The notes beneath the pieces are model-generated. The model was not told the DNA's origin. It ran no database searches and was given only the letters and a program-made list of their open reading frames with translations. The translations under genes were made by a program, and so were the position numbers. Of a stretch of DNA of 64,000 nucleotides, positions 46,537 to 54,574 are shown in pieces (position 1 is the stretch's first letter; the number at the start of each line of letters is the position of its first letter). The stretch lies in the sequence record MW812342.1. One strand, 5' to 3'.

Positions 46537-46546
46537 TGAAAAAAAG

Positions 46547-46570
46547 CTCAGATAGATATTATCTTGATGA
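46547..46570 (+). promoter_or_regulatory. putative early promoter/operator motif, copy 7
   Basis: A-tract, then CTCAGATAGATATTATCTTGATG. Confidence 0.7.
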
Positions 46571-46642
46571 GCTTTCCATTATTAGTTCCAAGGAAGGTGT
46601 GTTTTACAATTACAATAAATTAAAATAAATAAGGAGTCCGTC

Positions 46643-46819
46643 ATGGATAAAATTTATATCGTTACAGCAATCCTCTTCACAATCGCATGCTTACTGAGCT
46701 GGCGCGTATCGTCCAACATGAAACGCCGTAAGTGCCCACCGGGTGCATTCGCGTTTGGTGTTCAAGCCTGTGTCTATGGTTTCGTGGCCATTTACACCGG
46801 TGCGCAGTATTTCATCTAG
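46643..46819 (+). CDS. small 2-TM membrane protein, 58 aa (not in ORF track)
   Basis: MDKIYIVTAILFTIACLLSWRVSSNMKRRKCPPGAFAFGVQACVYGFVAIYTGAQYFI; AAGGAG RBS; own promoter and terminator. Confidence 0.75.
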   Translation: MDKIYIVTAILFTIACLLSWRVSSNMKRRKCPPGAFAFGVQACVYGFVAIYTGAQYFI

Positions 46820-46823
46820 CGGT

Positions 46824-46858
46824 AAAAAGGGGCACGAAAGTGTCCTTTTTTCTTTTTT
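46824..46858 (+). terminator. Rho-independent terminator
   Basis: AAAAAGGGGCAC-GAAA-GTGTCCTTTTTT. Confidence 0.75.
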
Positions 46859-46878
46859 CGTAAAATAAGGAGTATCAA

Positions 46879-47946
46879 ATGGCACGTTTATTAGCATTTA
46901 CCGGTGGGTTGGATTCGACGTGGATCTTACAGAAGCTTATTCAGCAACCAACCTCAGATGGCGGTGAGGTCATCCATCCGGTCTATATGGATTTTTATCA
47001 GGGTTCCCCAGCGGCGTTGGTCGAATTTATTCTTGGCAGTGAAATCGCCCTACGTTTGCTCAAGCACAACAAAGACAATTACAAAGAACCACTGGCGTGG
47101 TTATCACCACCACACGGCCTGTTCACCTCTGCAATTATTGCGCGGTCGGGTAACGGTGAGTCACGTTTGATTCAACAGGGAAACACCGTTCTGGGTCTGG
47201 CCCACATGATGAATGCGATTCAAGCCCGTCATCCCGGCTCAACCGCACTGACCGGATGGAACAAAGCGGACTTCATCGAAAATAGCGCACTTCAAGGCGA
47301 GTGGTCGATGGAGGATTACCTCCGACTGAAAAAGTTGTACAGCGAACTGATGTTTTTCCAAGACCATCATTATCGTTGTTCTCCATTACTCACCCCAGCG
47401 TGGGACATGGAGAAGAAAGACATGTGGGATATGCTCCCGGAAGACGTGCGGGAACTCATCACCGTCTGCTCGACGTACATGTTCAAAATCTACCATGTCA
47501 AATCGGAGAATGCGATATACATCAGCTGTAACCCAGAGCATTTCGGCAAGTCACTGCGTTACCTCAAGCGGGGTATCAATCTTTCCGCAGGCTGGCGGAT
47601 TGCGGTTGATGAAGAATTTAAGCGGCGTGTCTTCACCGAGAACCTGCCCGGTAACTACTTCGCGGGAAGCTTCCCGGCGGCGGTGCTCCCAACGTCTGAA
47701 GAAAGTAAAAATCTCCCGACCCTCCGCATTCGTTCAGAAGACACCAACCTGCAAATTGAAGCGTACAGCATCGAGGAGTGGAAGGTTAAATTGGAACATG
47801 TGGAAACTATGTTAAAGGTGGATCGTGAACGAGAACAAGCCGAATACCGCGCCCAGCGAGAAAAAGAAGCAGCTGATAATCCGGACAGTGCAGATCGCGA
47901 AGTGGCGAAAGGCGAAGTCGCTGCATCCAGCGATATCGTTGATTGA
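46879..47946 (+). CDS. QueC-like PP-loop ATPase
   Basis: LLAFTGGLDSTW (SGGLDS-type PP-loop), VYMDFYQG, PAWDMEKKDMW; the QueC C-terminal CxxC zinc site is not seen. Confidence 0.65.
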   Translation: MARLLAFTGGLDSTWILQKLIQQPTSDGGEVIHPVYMDFYQGSPAALVEFILGSEIALRLLKHNKDNYKEPLAWLSPPHGLFTSAIIARSGNGESRLIQQGNTVLGLAHMMNAIQARHPGSTALTGWNKADFIENSALQGEWSMEDYLRLKKLYSELMFFQDHHYRCSPLLTPAWDMEKKDMWDMLPEDVRELITVCSTYMFKIYHVKSENAIYISCNPEHFGKSLRYLKRGINLSAGWRIAVDEEFKRRVFTENLPGNYFAGSFPAAVLPTSEESKNLPTLRIRSEDTNLQIEAYSIEEWKVKLEHVETMLKVDREREQAEYRAQREKEAADNPDSADREVAKGEVAASSDIVD

Positions 47947-48250
47947 TGTTACGGTTAAATCGGGCATCAAAGCCTTAGCCCCGACGTGGGACTTTCTGAT
48001 GGAGTACAAGAACTCCGATAAAGGCCCTGAGGCTGAGGACGTCTACACCAAAAAATATAAAAGCAGAATCCAACGGCTCAATCAGGAAAATCCCGATGTG
48101 ATGTTGGAACTGCTGTATCAGGACGAAATCATCCTGATGTGTTATTGTCCGGCCGGGAAGTTCTGTCACCGGCTGTTATTAGTTGATGAGTTCAAAGCCT
48201 TGGGCGATGAACATAATGTCGAAGTAATCTACGAAGGAGAAATAGAATGA
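47825..48250 (+). CDS. DUF488-like protein
   Basis: DVTVKSG...LAPTWD and IILMCYCPAGKFCHRLLL motifs; GTG start with AAGGTGG RBS. Confidence 0.7.
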   Translation: MNENKPNTAPSEKKKQLIIRTVQIAKWRKAKSLHPAISLIDVTVKSGIKALAPTWDFLMEYKNSDKGPEAEDVYTKKYKSRIQRLNQENPDVMLELLYQDEIILMCYCPAGKFCHRLLLVDEFKALGDEHNVEVIYEGEIE

Positions 48251-48642
48251 GTTTTGATATCAAGAACGACACCCTGCGCATCATTGTTCCCGTTGGTACC
48301 ATTCATGGTACTGATGTTCCGCTGTTTGATAATGCCACGGCGTTAGCCAAAGAAGCCTTTGAAGTGGCAGGATTTGAGAAGGTGGAGCTGGTCGAGAAAC
48401 CTGCCGTGTTCTTCATGCGTGCATACAGTGATATCATGCAGCGTCAGTCAGCGATGTATAACTACGGCCTGGTGTTGCGTTCGTCGTTCACGCCGTATGT
48501 CACTAATGAAGAACTACAAAAACATGCAGCCATCATCAATGTCTGGCATGACATCTTCAGTCACAAAATCCCAACCGACACACTGATCAAGTTCTCTCCG
48601 ACCTTGACCATGGCTGCGGTCGATAACTTAGCCAATAAATAA
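48247..48642 (+). CDS. hypothetical protein
   Basis: 131 aa, ATGA coupling. Confidence 0.65.
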   Translation: MSFDIKNDTLRIIVPVGTIHGTDVPLFDNATALAKEAFEVAGFEKVELVEKPAVFFMRAYSDIMQRQSAMYNYGLVLRSSFTPYVTNEELQKHAAIINVWHDIFSHKIPTDTLIKFSPTLTMAAVDNLANK

Positions 48643-48669
48643 ATTACCACCCCTACAAGGAGTATCAGC

Positions 48670-49572
48670 ATGCAAGCCCAATTTATCCGTGTCCCGTTGT
48701 TTTCGAAAAATACCATCTCTGATAACATTGTCCTTCAGAATCTAATCGATACCACCCACAGACTTTACGCATTGGCGAAAGATAAGTTTCCACACATCGA
48801 GGGCTATAGTGTCCCCGAAGAAACTCGCACTTACGTACTGATGGAGAAATACGCTCGTCCGGCATACCGCGCATTATCGACGCTGGCACCCGATTCGGAA
48901 GAAGCAGCGAAAATCATTGCGTTATTGCACGAAGTCTATTGTGGTATCGCGGCGGACGATTGTGTAAACGTCGAACCGACGCCAGCGATGCTGTTGGCTA
49001 TCAACAATCAGCACCTCCAGTCTGACATGTACATGCGGGCGGTACTCGAAAGCAAACCGGGTATGTACCGCAGAAGGATTGGTGGTGAACCTACGCCGGA
49101 TATTGATCCAATCAATCGTACCGTTGCACTCTTCAGCGCATCACCGCTGCCAGAAGAGATGCAGCGGGCGATTGTTAAGGTGATGGGTGAGTATAACTTA
49201 GGGAGAAACACTATTCTCTCGGGTAACGATCGCAACCTCATCACCGGGTCAGCAAGCTTCAATCTCAATTACATGGGCGATGCGAAATGGGAAGCGGAAA
49301 TCCACATTGTGGGGCAACCGGTTTCTGCGATGGTTTGGGAATTGATTATTGAGCGCCTGAAAGCCGGTAGCGATTCAACGGAAGATATCTACACCGTTGA
49401 TGGTGATAAGATGGTTATCGAGTTGGCGCAAATGGTGCCGCGACAGAACCTGAGCGATACGGTCATCCGACTCGTTACCAACGGCATGAAAAATACCATT
49501 GCGCATACTCTGCTGGACATCAGTAAGCGTCGTTACGAAAACGAAATCGTTCTTCGTCCCCTGAACAAATAA
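48670..49572 (+). CDS. hypothetical protein
   Basis: 300 aa, AAGGAG RBS. Confidence 0.7.
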   Translation: MQAQFIRVPLFSKNTISDNIVLQNLIDTTHRLYALAKDKFPHIEGYSVPEETRTYVLMEKYARPAYRALSTLAPDSEEAAKIIALLHEVYCGIAADDCVNVEPTPAMLLAINNQHLQSDMYMRAVLESKPGMYRRRIGGEPTPDIDPINRTVALFSASPLPEEMQRAIVKVMGEYNLGRNTILSGNDRNLITGSASFNLNYMGDAKWEAEIHIVGQPVSAMVWELIIERLKAGSDSTEDIYTVDGDKMVIELAQMVPRQNLSDTVIRLVTNGMKNTIAHTLLDISKRRYENEIVLRPLNK

Positions 49573-49595
49573 GCAGTTCCCACAAGGAGTATAAA

Positions 49596-50114
49596 ATGGA
49601 AATGAACTTTTACACCAAGCGTGAGATGACCCATCTCGCCATGTTAAAACGACCGGGCATGGCAGTTGACCCGGAAATCAAGATTGACCCGCTCAAAGAA
49701 GAAATCGCACTGAGCTACCCGGAAGCCGAGTGGAACGACTGGTACTGCAAGGTGAAAATGGTGTCCTACGCGTTGTTGGAGCTGGCGCGTTACAACACCT
49801 GCAAGCGCCTGCAAGGTTGGGTCTGGTATGTGCCCCGTACGCCGTCTCAGTTAGCCTTTGAGTCGAATCCCGAAGAGAAGGTGGCCATCCGGCCGGTGAT
49901 TCACCCAGAACGCTTAGACGTGCATCTGGAAGCGATCTGGAACCGTCCCCGTACTGAACTGGCGGAAATCATTCGCATCATCCAGCGGGTTGAGATGCCG
50001 GGTCTGACGTGGGTAACGTGGGATTCGGTTGATATCAACAAAAACTTCTGGGTACTGAGCTGGGTCGGTGGGCCGTTCCATAACCACAACCACATCTACC
50101 TGAACCGGAGATAA
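49596..50114 (+). CDS. hypothetical protein
   Basis: 172 aa, AAGGAG RBS, Trp-rich. Confidence 0.7.
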   Translation: MEMNFYTKREMTHLAMLKRPGMAVDPEIKIDPLKEEIALSYPEAEWNDWYCKVKMVSYALLELARYNTCKRLQGWVWYVPRTPSQLAFESNPEEKVAIRPVIHPERLDVHLEAIWNRPRTELAEIIRIIQRVEMPGLTWVTWDSVDINKNFWVLSWVGGPFHNHNHIYLNRR

Positions 50115-50118
50115 TGCG

Positions 50119-50394
50119 ATGTTAGACCGCCTACTCTCATTGATTAATAAACGCCAGCGTGAACTCTTTCAACGCAATCTTCGGTTGGAAGAACAAAAGC
50201 TGGGAGCGGAACAGCGGGTCCGTACGCTGGAAAAGATGGCACTGGAAATCTCCCACGCGGTGGAGTCACACTGCGTGGTGATTAAGGGTGCGGTTGAACG
50301 CAGCGACGGCGCAGCCATTCGCTTGACGACCGACACATTGCAACAGCGTGTAGTCGATTACCGTACCAAGGTCAAAGAACTGGATTATTTCTGA
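50119..50394 (+). CDS. hypothetical coiled-coil protein
   Basis: 91 aa, coupled to next gene. Confidence 0.6.
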   Translation: MLDRLLSLINKRQRELFQRNLRLEEQKLGAEQRVRTLEKMALEISHAVESHCVVIKGAVERSDGAAIRLTTDTLQQRVVDYRTKVKELDYF

Positions 50395-50720
50395 TGAAAG
50401 ATGTGACCCCCCTTGACGCCAAGTCACTCGGTGGGATGTCGCCAGAACAATCGCTTTCCTACCTCGCAAGGGGTGGGAAGATTCTGGATGACACCGACAC
50501 GGCTGACCGGCTACTTACCATGATGGTGCCCCTGCGTGATAACTACTACGAGATTGTGCCGTTGGCAACCGAGTATGTGGTGCGCACGCCGGGGCGTGAA
50601 TATGAAGCATTGAGAGCGCCTCGCACTGTCGGCGGGGTGATTCTATTGATGCGTAACTTTAACGACGCTGTAGAGCGCTGTGGGCTATATATCGCCACAG
50701 GTGGAACGGGGCACTTCTGA
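50394..50720 (+). CDS. hypothetical protein
   Basis: 108 aa, TGATG coupling on both sides. Confidence 0.6.
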   Translation: MKDVTPLDAKSLGGMSPEQSLSYLARGGKILDDTDTADRLLTMMVPLRDNYYEIVPLATEYVVRTPGREYEALRAPRTVGGVILLMRNFNDAVERCGLYIATGGTGHF

Positions 50721-51190
50721 TGTTTAAAGCAGTTCTGAAATACTTTGGTCGTTTGAAAGAAGCAGACCGGCGCATCGAGCTTGGTAAGCAACGCTTAAAG
50801 GCGGCGCGGACTCAAATCGCGATGTTGGAAGAACTCATTGATACGCTCCGTACCTCTGATGAAACAACGTGTAAGATGATGGCCGCAACACTTACGTCGT
50901 TGAACCATCACATGCAGCGTGGGGATGAATGGGCACCGACGTATCAGTGGCATTTGAGTAAGCTGACTAACGACGTCGCGACGTTCATTCCTGAATTCGC
51001 CGAGAAGTATAAAACCGTCGCGGAAGAAGATGGGCAGCATGTCAACTTCGACGCTAACCCGGTCTTTGACTTCCCAATCAAACCCGGCGAAGTGTACGTA
51101 CGTCCCCGTGATAAACATCGCGTTCACATTCACGGTGTACTTCGCGTGAAAGACCTTCAACATGTATTGCCAACGGAAAAAGCAAAATGA
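50720..51190 (+). CDS. hypothetical protein with N-terminal coiled coil
   Basis: 156 aa, coupled to neighbours. Confidence 0.6.
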   Translation: MFKAVLKYFGRLKEADRRIELGKQRLKAARTQIAMLEELIDTLRTSDETTCKMMAATLTSLNHHMQRGDEWAPTYQWHLSKLTNDVATFIPEFAEKYKTVAEEDGQHVNFDANPVFDFPIKPGEVYVRPRDKHRVHIHGVLRVKDLQHVLPTEKAK

Positions 51191-51609
51191 TGCAGCAATT
51201 GACATTATCAAATGGACTGACGATAAGCCTGCGTCAACCAACCGTGGAAGATGTGCGTAAGTTTACCCACAACCAACGTGATGCCCGCACGTCACAAACC
51301 ATGTGGATTCTCAGCGAGAACGGTGAGTTCATCTTACCGAAGTTCGTTAAGTCTGTGTGCGGTGAACACCTTGTCATTAACCGTTTCCTCGACCGGATGC
51401 AGAAGGTGGGTACGGAATACGGTTTGGCGGTCTGTACTGCGGAACTGCCTGATGATTTGGTGTTGATGTCAGATGACCTGATGCACTTATCGGTTGAGTA
51501 TCTGGCGCTCATCGATACGTATTGTAAGAATCCGAATGCGCGAACGTTTATCCAGATGTCGAACATGGCGTCGCACTTCTGGAATGTTCACTACAGCAAG
51601 AAACACTAA
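51187..51609 (+). CDS. hypothetical protein
   Basis: 140 aa, ATGA overlap. Confidence 0.6.
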   Translation: MMQQLTLSNGLTISLRQPTVEDVRKFTHNQRDARTSQTMWILSENGEFILPKFVKSVCGEHLVINRFLDRMQKVGTEYGLAVCTAELPDDLVLMSDDLMHLSVEYLALIDTYCKNPNARTFIQMSNMASHFWNVHYSKKH

Positions 51610-51633
51610 GAGTAACCTAAAAGGAGTATTAAA

Positions 51634-52959
51634 ATGTTAAAACCTCGTAAAGCAAAAACCAGTCTGGCAATCGTTACCCGTTATTCAAGCGGACTGAAAG
51701 GATTCCCAGAAGGGTTTGCGGTGTATCTGGGCAAGAAACGTGTTCGATATATCGACGGTGTGGAAGTGGGTGAGATCGTTGGGCCATTAGGTGCCCCGGC
51801 CTTACCCGTTTTCAACTTACCGAAAATAACCCGTGTGATGTACCGCCAGTTGCAGGACATGTTCTGTCGGGCAACCATTGGCATGGGTAGTAAGTATTAC
51901 GGCCTGCGCAAGTTAAAGCCGGTACCAAAAACAAAAAACACGTACATGGAAGAGTTGCAGGAGTCACTGTTTGGCAAACCGGATTACAGTCACATTGGGA
52001 TTAATGCCAACCGCGATGCCGGTATGCAGACCTCGATGGATGTGCTGTTTAAGGGCGGCATCCACAACGGCGGCGACAGACTGTCGCGGAAGATTGCGAA
52101 TAACCCTGGGGTGTCTGGCGCATTCGACAACACCGTCAACGAACTGTATACCCACCCTGCTATGTCCCTGACGAGTGAAGTGCGTATCCGTGATGTCGCG
52201 CTGTCGATGGCGGATTACAACGTTAACGTTGCGCTGCGTAAGCTGAACTTCTCCAAAGTGAAAGTGATGTACACGTCAGATGTGCTGAAAGATGTCGAGA
52301 ATGAACTGCGCACTTGTCAAGACGACCGTAAGCACATCAATCGCATGCTGGAACTGCGCAAAACCTTACCGCAATCCTCAGGTACGTTTACGATTGTCGA
52401 TGACTTGGTTAAGCTGCCGTTAATGTCGCAACTGACTGACGCCATCTGTGCAGCAGGTAAGCGGGCAATGGCGGAACTCCCGCCAGAAGACTTCTGTAAA
52501 CTTGACGACCCAACACCAGAATCGTTGGTAGATTGGCTGATACTGTTTGGCTCACTCAATCAACCGAAGACGCTGGACTATCTGGGGTCATTGTCACCGA
52601 CTGCTACCGACTCTGCAACCAAAGCGTTATACGACCGTGTTCGCAGTATTGCGGGAATCAACGAGGGCGATGAAGCCGTAGCGAGAACGGTTGCGTTGGC
52701 ACGTACAATTTCTCCACACCTTCACGACCCGTACGCATTCTCGCGGGCACTACGTAATGGTGAACCGGTGCTGTACATGGACACAGAGATGCCGATGGAT
52801 ATGTCTGGGTTGAAAGAACTCTGCGCGTCTACACCTGACGGTAAAGATGTCTTTGCTGATTATGTAAAATGTCGCCAAGAAGGAAAAGGTAAGGTGTTTA
52901 ACATCGATTCCCTTCCGCATGAAAACAGCTTACTGAAGGACGAAGACAACAATGCTTAA
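51634..52959 (+). CDS. hypothetical protein with RecA/DnaB-like motif remnants at the C-terminus
   Basis: 441 aa, AAGGAG RBS; VLYMDTEMP and VFNIDSL near the end. Confidence 0.65.
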   Translation: MLKPRKAKTSLAIVTRYSSGLKGFPEGFAVYLGKKRVRYIDGVEVGEIVGPLGAPALPVFNLPKITRVMYRQLQDMFCRATIGMGSKYYGLRKLKPVPKTKNTYMEELQESLFGKPDYSHIGINANRDAGMQTSMDVLFKGGIHNGGDRLSRKIANNPGVSGAFDNTVNELYTHPAMSLTSEVRIRDVALSMADYNVNVALRKLNFSKVKVMYTSDVLKDVENELRTCQDDRKHINRMLELRKTLPQSSGTFTIVDDLVKLPLMSQLTDAICAAGKRAMAELPPEDFCKLDDPTPESLVDWLILFGSLNQPKTLDYLGSLSPTATDSATKALYDRVRSIAGINEGDEAVARTVALARTISPHLHDPYAFSRALRNGEPVLYMDTEMPMDMSGLKELCASTPDGKDVFADYVKCRQEGKGKVFNIDSLPHENSLLKDEDNNA

Positions 52960-53524
52960 ACCGAAGAAACGCAAAGACCGTGTGTATTTGATGCGCGCTG
53001 TTAATGGCGGTTATGTGGTGCGTAACGAGACAAAACGTCGTGCGTTAACTCAAGGTGCCATCGATGGAATTCTGCTGGTTTATGACCCGGAGTACAATTA
53101 TCCGTGTGCAAGCCGTGTAGTGCGCTTAGTTCTCGATATGGTTTATCGGAACAATCGTAAGAAGTCGATGCTGAAAGAGTTCTCGTGGGAAACCTTCACG
53201 CCAAGCCCAGAGAAGTTCCGAGTCCCGACCGACGGCGTGATGGGTCGTGAGTTGAATTGGAGTCGACTTTTGACGAAGCCGGTTATCTCTGAGAACGCGA
53301 AAGCAACGATTGGGGGTTTGGAAATCAAAGGCGTTCAGTTAAAGCAGTCGAAGCTTAAAACTGACGACATCCAAGAACTGGTGAAAGAGTTCGGGGTTGT
53401 CGCGGAGCAGCAACTGATTGATCGCTTCATGCGAAATGAACAACCTACCCAAGAAGAGTACGAGCAGGCGCAGGCTATTGGTCGTTTGATGCTCCACCGC
53501 TGGTTAGAAAAGAAGAACTGTTAA
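52952..53524 (+). CDS. hypothetical basic protein
   Basis: 190 aa; N-terminus MLKPKKRK like the upstream gene. Confidence 0.65.
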   Translation: MLKPKKRKDRVYLMRAVNGGYVVRNETKRRALTQGAIDGILLVYDPEYNYPCASRVVRLVLDMVYRNNRKKSMLKEFSWETFTPSPEKFRVPTDGVMGRELNWSRLLTKPVISENAKATIGGLEIKGVQLKQSKLKTDDIQELVKEFGVVAEQQLIDRFMRNEQPTQEEYEQAQAIGRLMLHRWLEKKNC

Positions 53525-53533
53525 AACGCAGTG

Positions 53534-53569
53534 CCCTACTCCTTCGGGAGTAGGGTTTCTTCTTTTTTT
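53534..53569 (+). terminator. Rho-independent terminator
   Basis: CCCTACTCC-TTCG-GGAGTAGGG plus T run; identical core to the MCP terminator. Confidence 0.9.
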
Positions 53570-53576
53570 GTTTACT

Positions 53577-53641
53577 CGTAGTAAAAAATATTTCAGATAT
53601 ATATTACCTAGGTGAGAGTTGAGTAATAATCTTCTCTTAAC
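53577..53641 (+). promoter_or_regulatory. putative early promoter, copy 8
   Basis: TCGTAGTAAAAA...TCAGATATATATTACCTAGGTGAGAGTTG, near-identical to 6089-6149. Confidence 0.75.
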
Positions 53642-53673
53642 CATCCTATTAATAGACTATCGAGGAATAAACC

Positions 53674-54099
53674 ATGACTACAGTTATCACTCTGAACGAC
53701 ACCATCCGTGAAGCCGCTCGCCGTAACCCAGCTTCCCTGTTAACCGTTATCGGCATGTATGCTTCAACTGGCCGCGTCAACGATATCTCGATTGAGCAGT
53801 TGGACGAAGCGGTTAATCATGCACTTGACGGTGGCCGTAACAAACCTATGCCTGTTCGTGAACAATTCGAGAACGACCAATCGTTTAACGACCAGCACAA
53901 TCAACAAACCATCATTCGTGCATTATCAACCACTCTCTGCTACGGCTTCACTGCGGATAACATCCCAAGCATGATTGATGAAATGTACGACCGTATGGAA
54001 AGCCATGAAGAACTGTGGGGTGCCTACACTGCAATCAGCGAATCCACCCGTCGGATGGAAGAAGCTTTCATGGACAAAGCAAAAACTGAACTGTTCTAA
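53674..54099 (+). CDS. hypothetical early protein
   Basis: 141 aa, GAGGA RBS, directly downstream of the promoter. Confidence 0.75.
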   Translation: MTTVITLNDTIREAARRNPASLLTVIGMYASTGRVNDISIEQLDEAVNHALDGGRNKPMPVREQFENDQSFNDQHNQQTIIRALSTTLCYGFTADNIPSMIDEMYDRMESHEELWGAYTAISESTRRMEEAFMDKAKTELF

Positions 54100-54170
54100 C
54101 TAACATACCCCTACCCAGTCGGGTAGGGGTTAACTAATCTATCTTAAAATATAAATACTGGAGAATCACC

Positions 54171-54392
54171 ATGCGCAACTTATTCACTACTAACAAAGCT
54201 ATCGTTGAAACTGCTAAGCCTGCTGGCAAGAAAGAAGACATGCTGGACCTGCTGCTGAAACTGAACAGCGATGAGCTGACCGCAGTGATGGCTGAGATGA
54301 AAAAGGGTGACCCTATGGTCAACAAAATCGACGCTGTCTACGACCGCAAGTCTGATGGCAAAATGAAAAGCACCATGCTGTTCATGTGCTAA
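54171..54392 (+). CDS. small hypothetical protein, likely highly expressed
   Basis: 73 aa, GGAG RBS, strongly biased codons (CTG, GCT, AAA). Confidence 0.7.
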   Translation: MRNLFTTNKAIVETAKPAGKKEDMLDLLLKLNSDELTAVMAEMKKGDPMVNKIDAVYDRKSDGKMKSTMLFMC

Positions 54393-54396
54393 GGGT

Positions 54397-54475
54397 AAAT
54401 GATGCGACAACCAATATGCTGACTCTCGGGTAACCGGGGGTCGGCTGAGGCGCGTGTGTCATTTATTTTTTTTTT
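54397..54475 (+). terminator. nested RNA structure with U-tract
   Basis: 12-bp stem with three G-U pairs and GUAA loop (54418-54445) inside an outer AAATGA/TCATTT stem, then a long T run. Confidence 0.6.
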
Positions 54476-54574
54476 GATTTTTTCCCGTGGTTGACACACT
54501 CTTCTTTTTTCTTGTTGGGTAAGCGGCAAAATGCTATGGACGTCACCCCTTCACTTACATGAGGAACATGCACC

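Noticed and set aside
51187-51609. LTLSNGLTISLRQPTVEDV resembles RimJ/RimL GNAT or tail-chaperone N-termini
   Set aside because: No motif A or other supporting motif; left as hypothetical.
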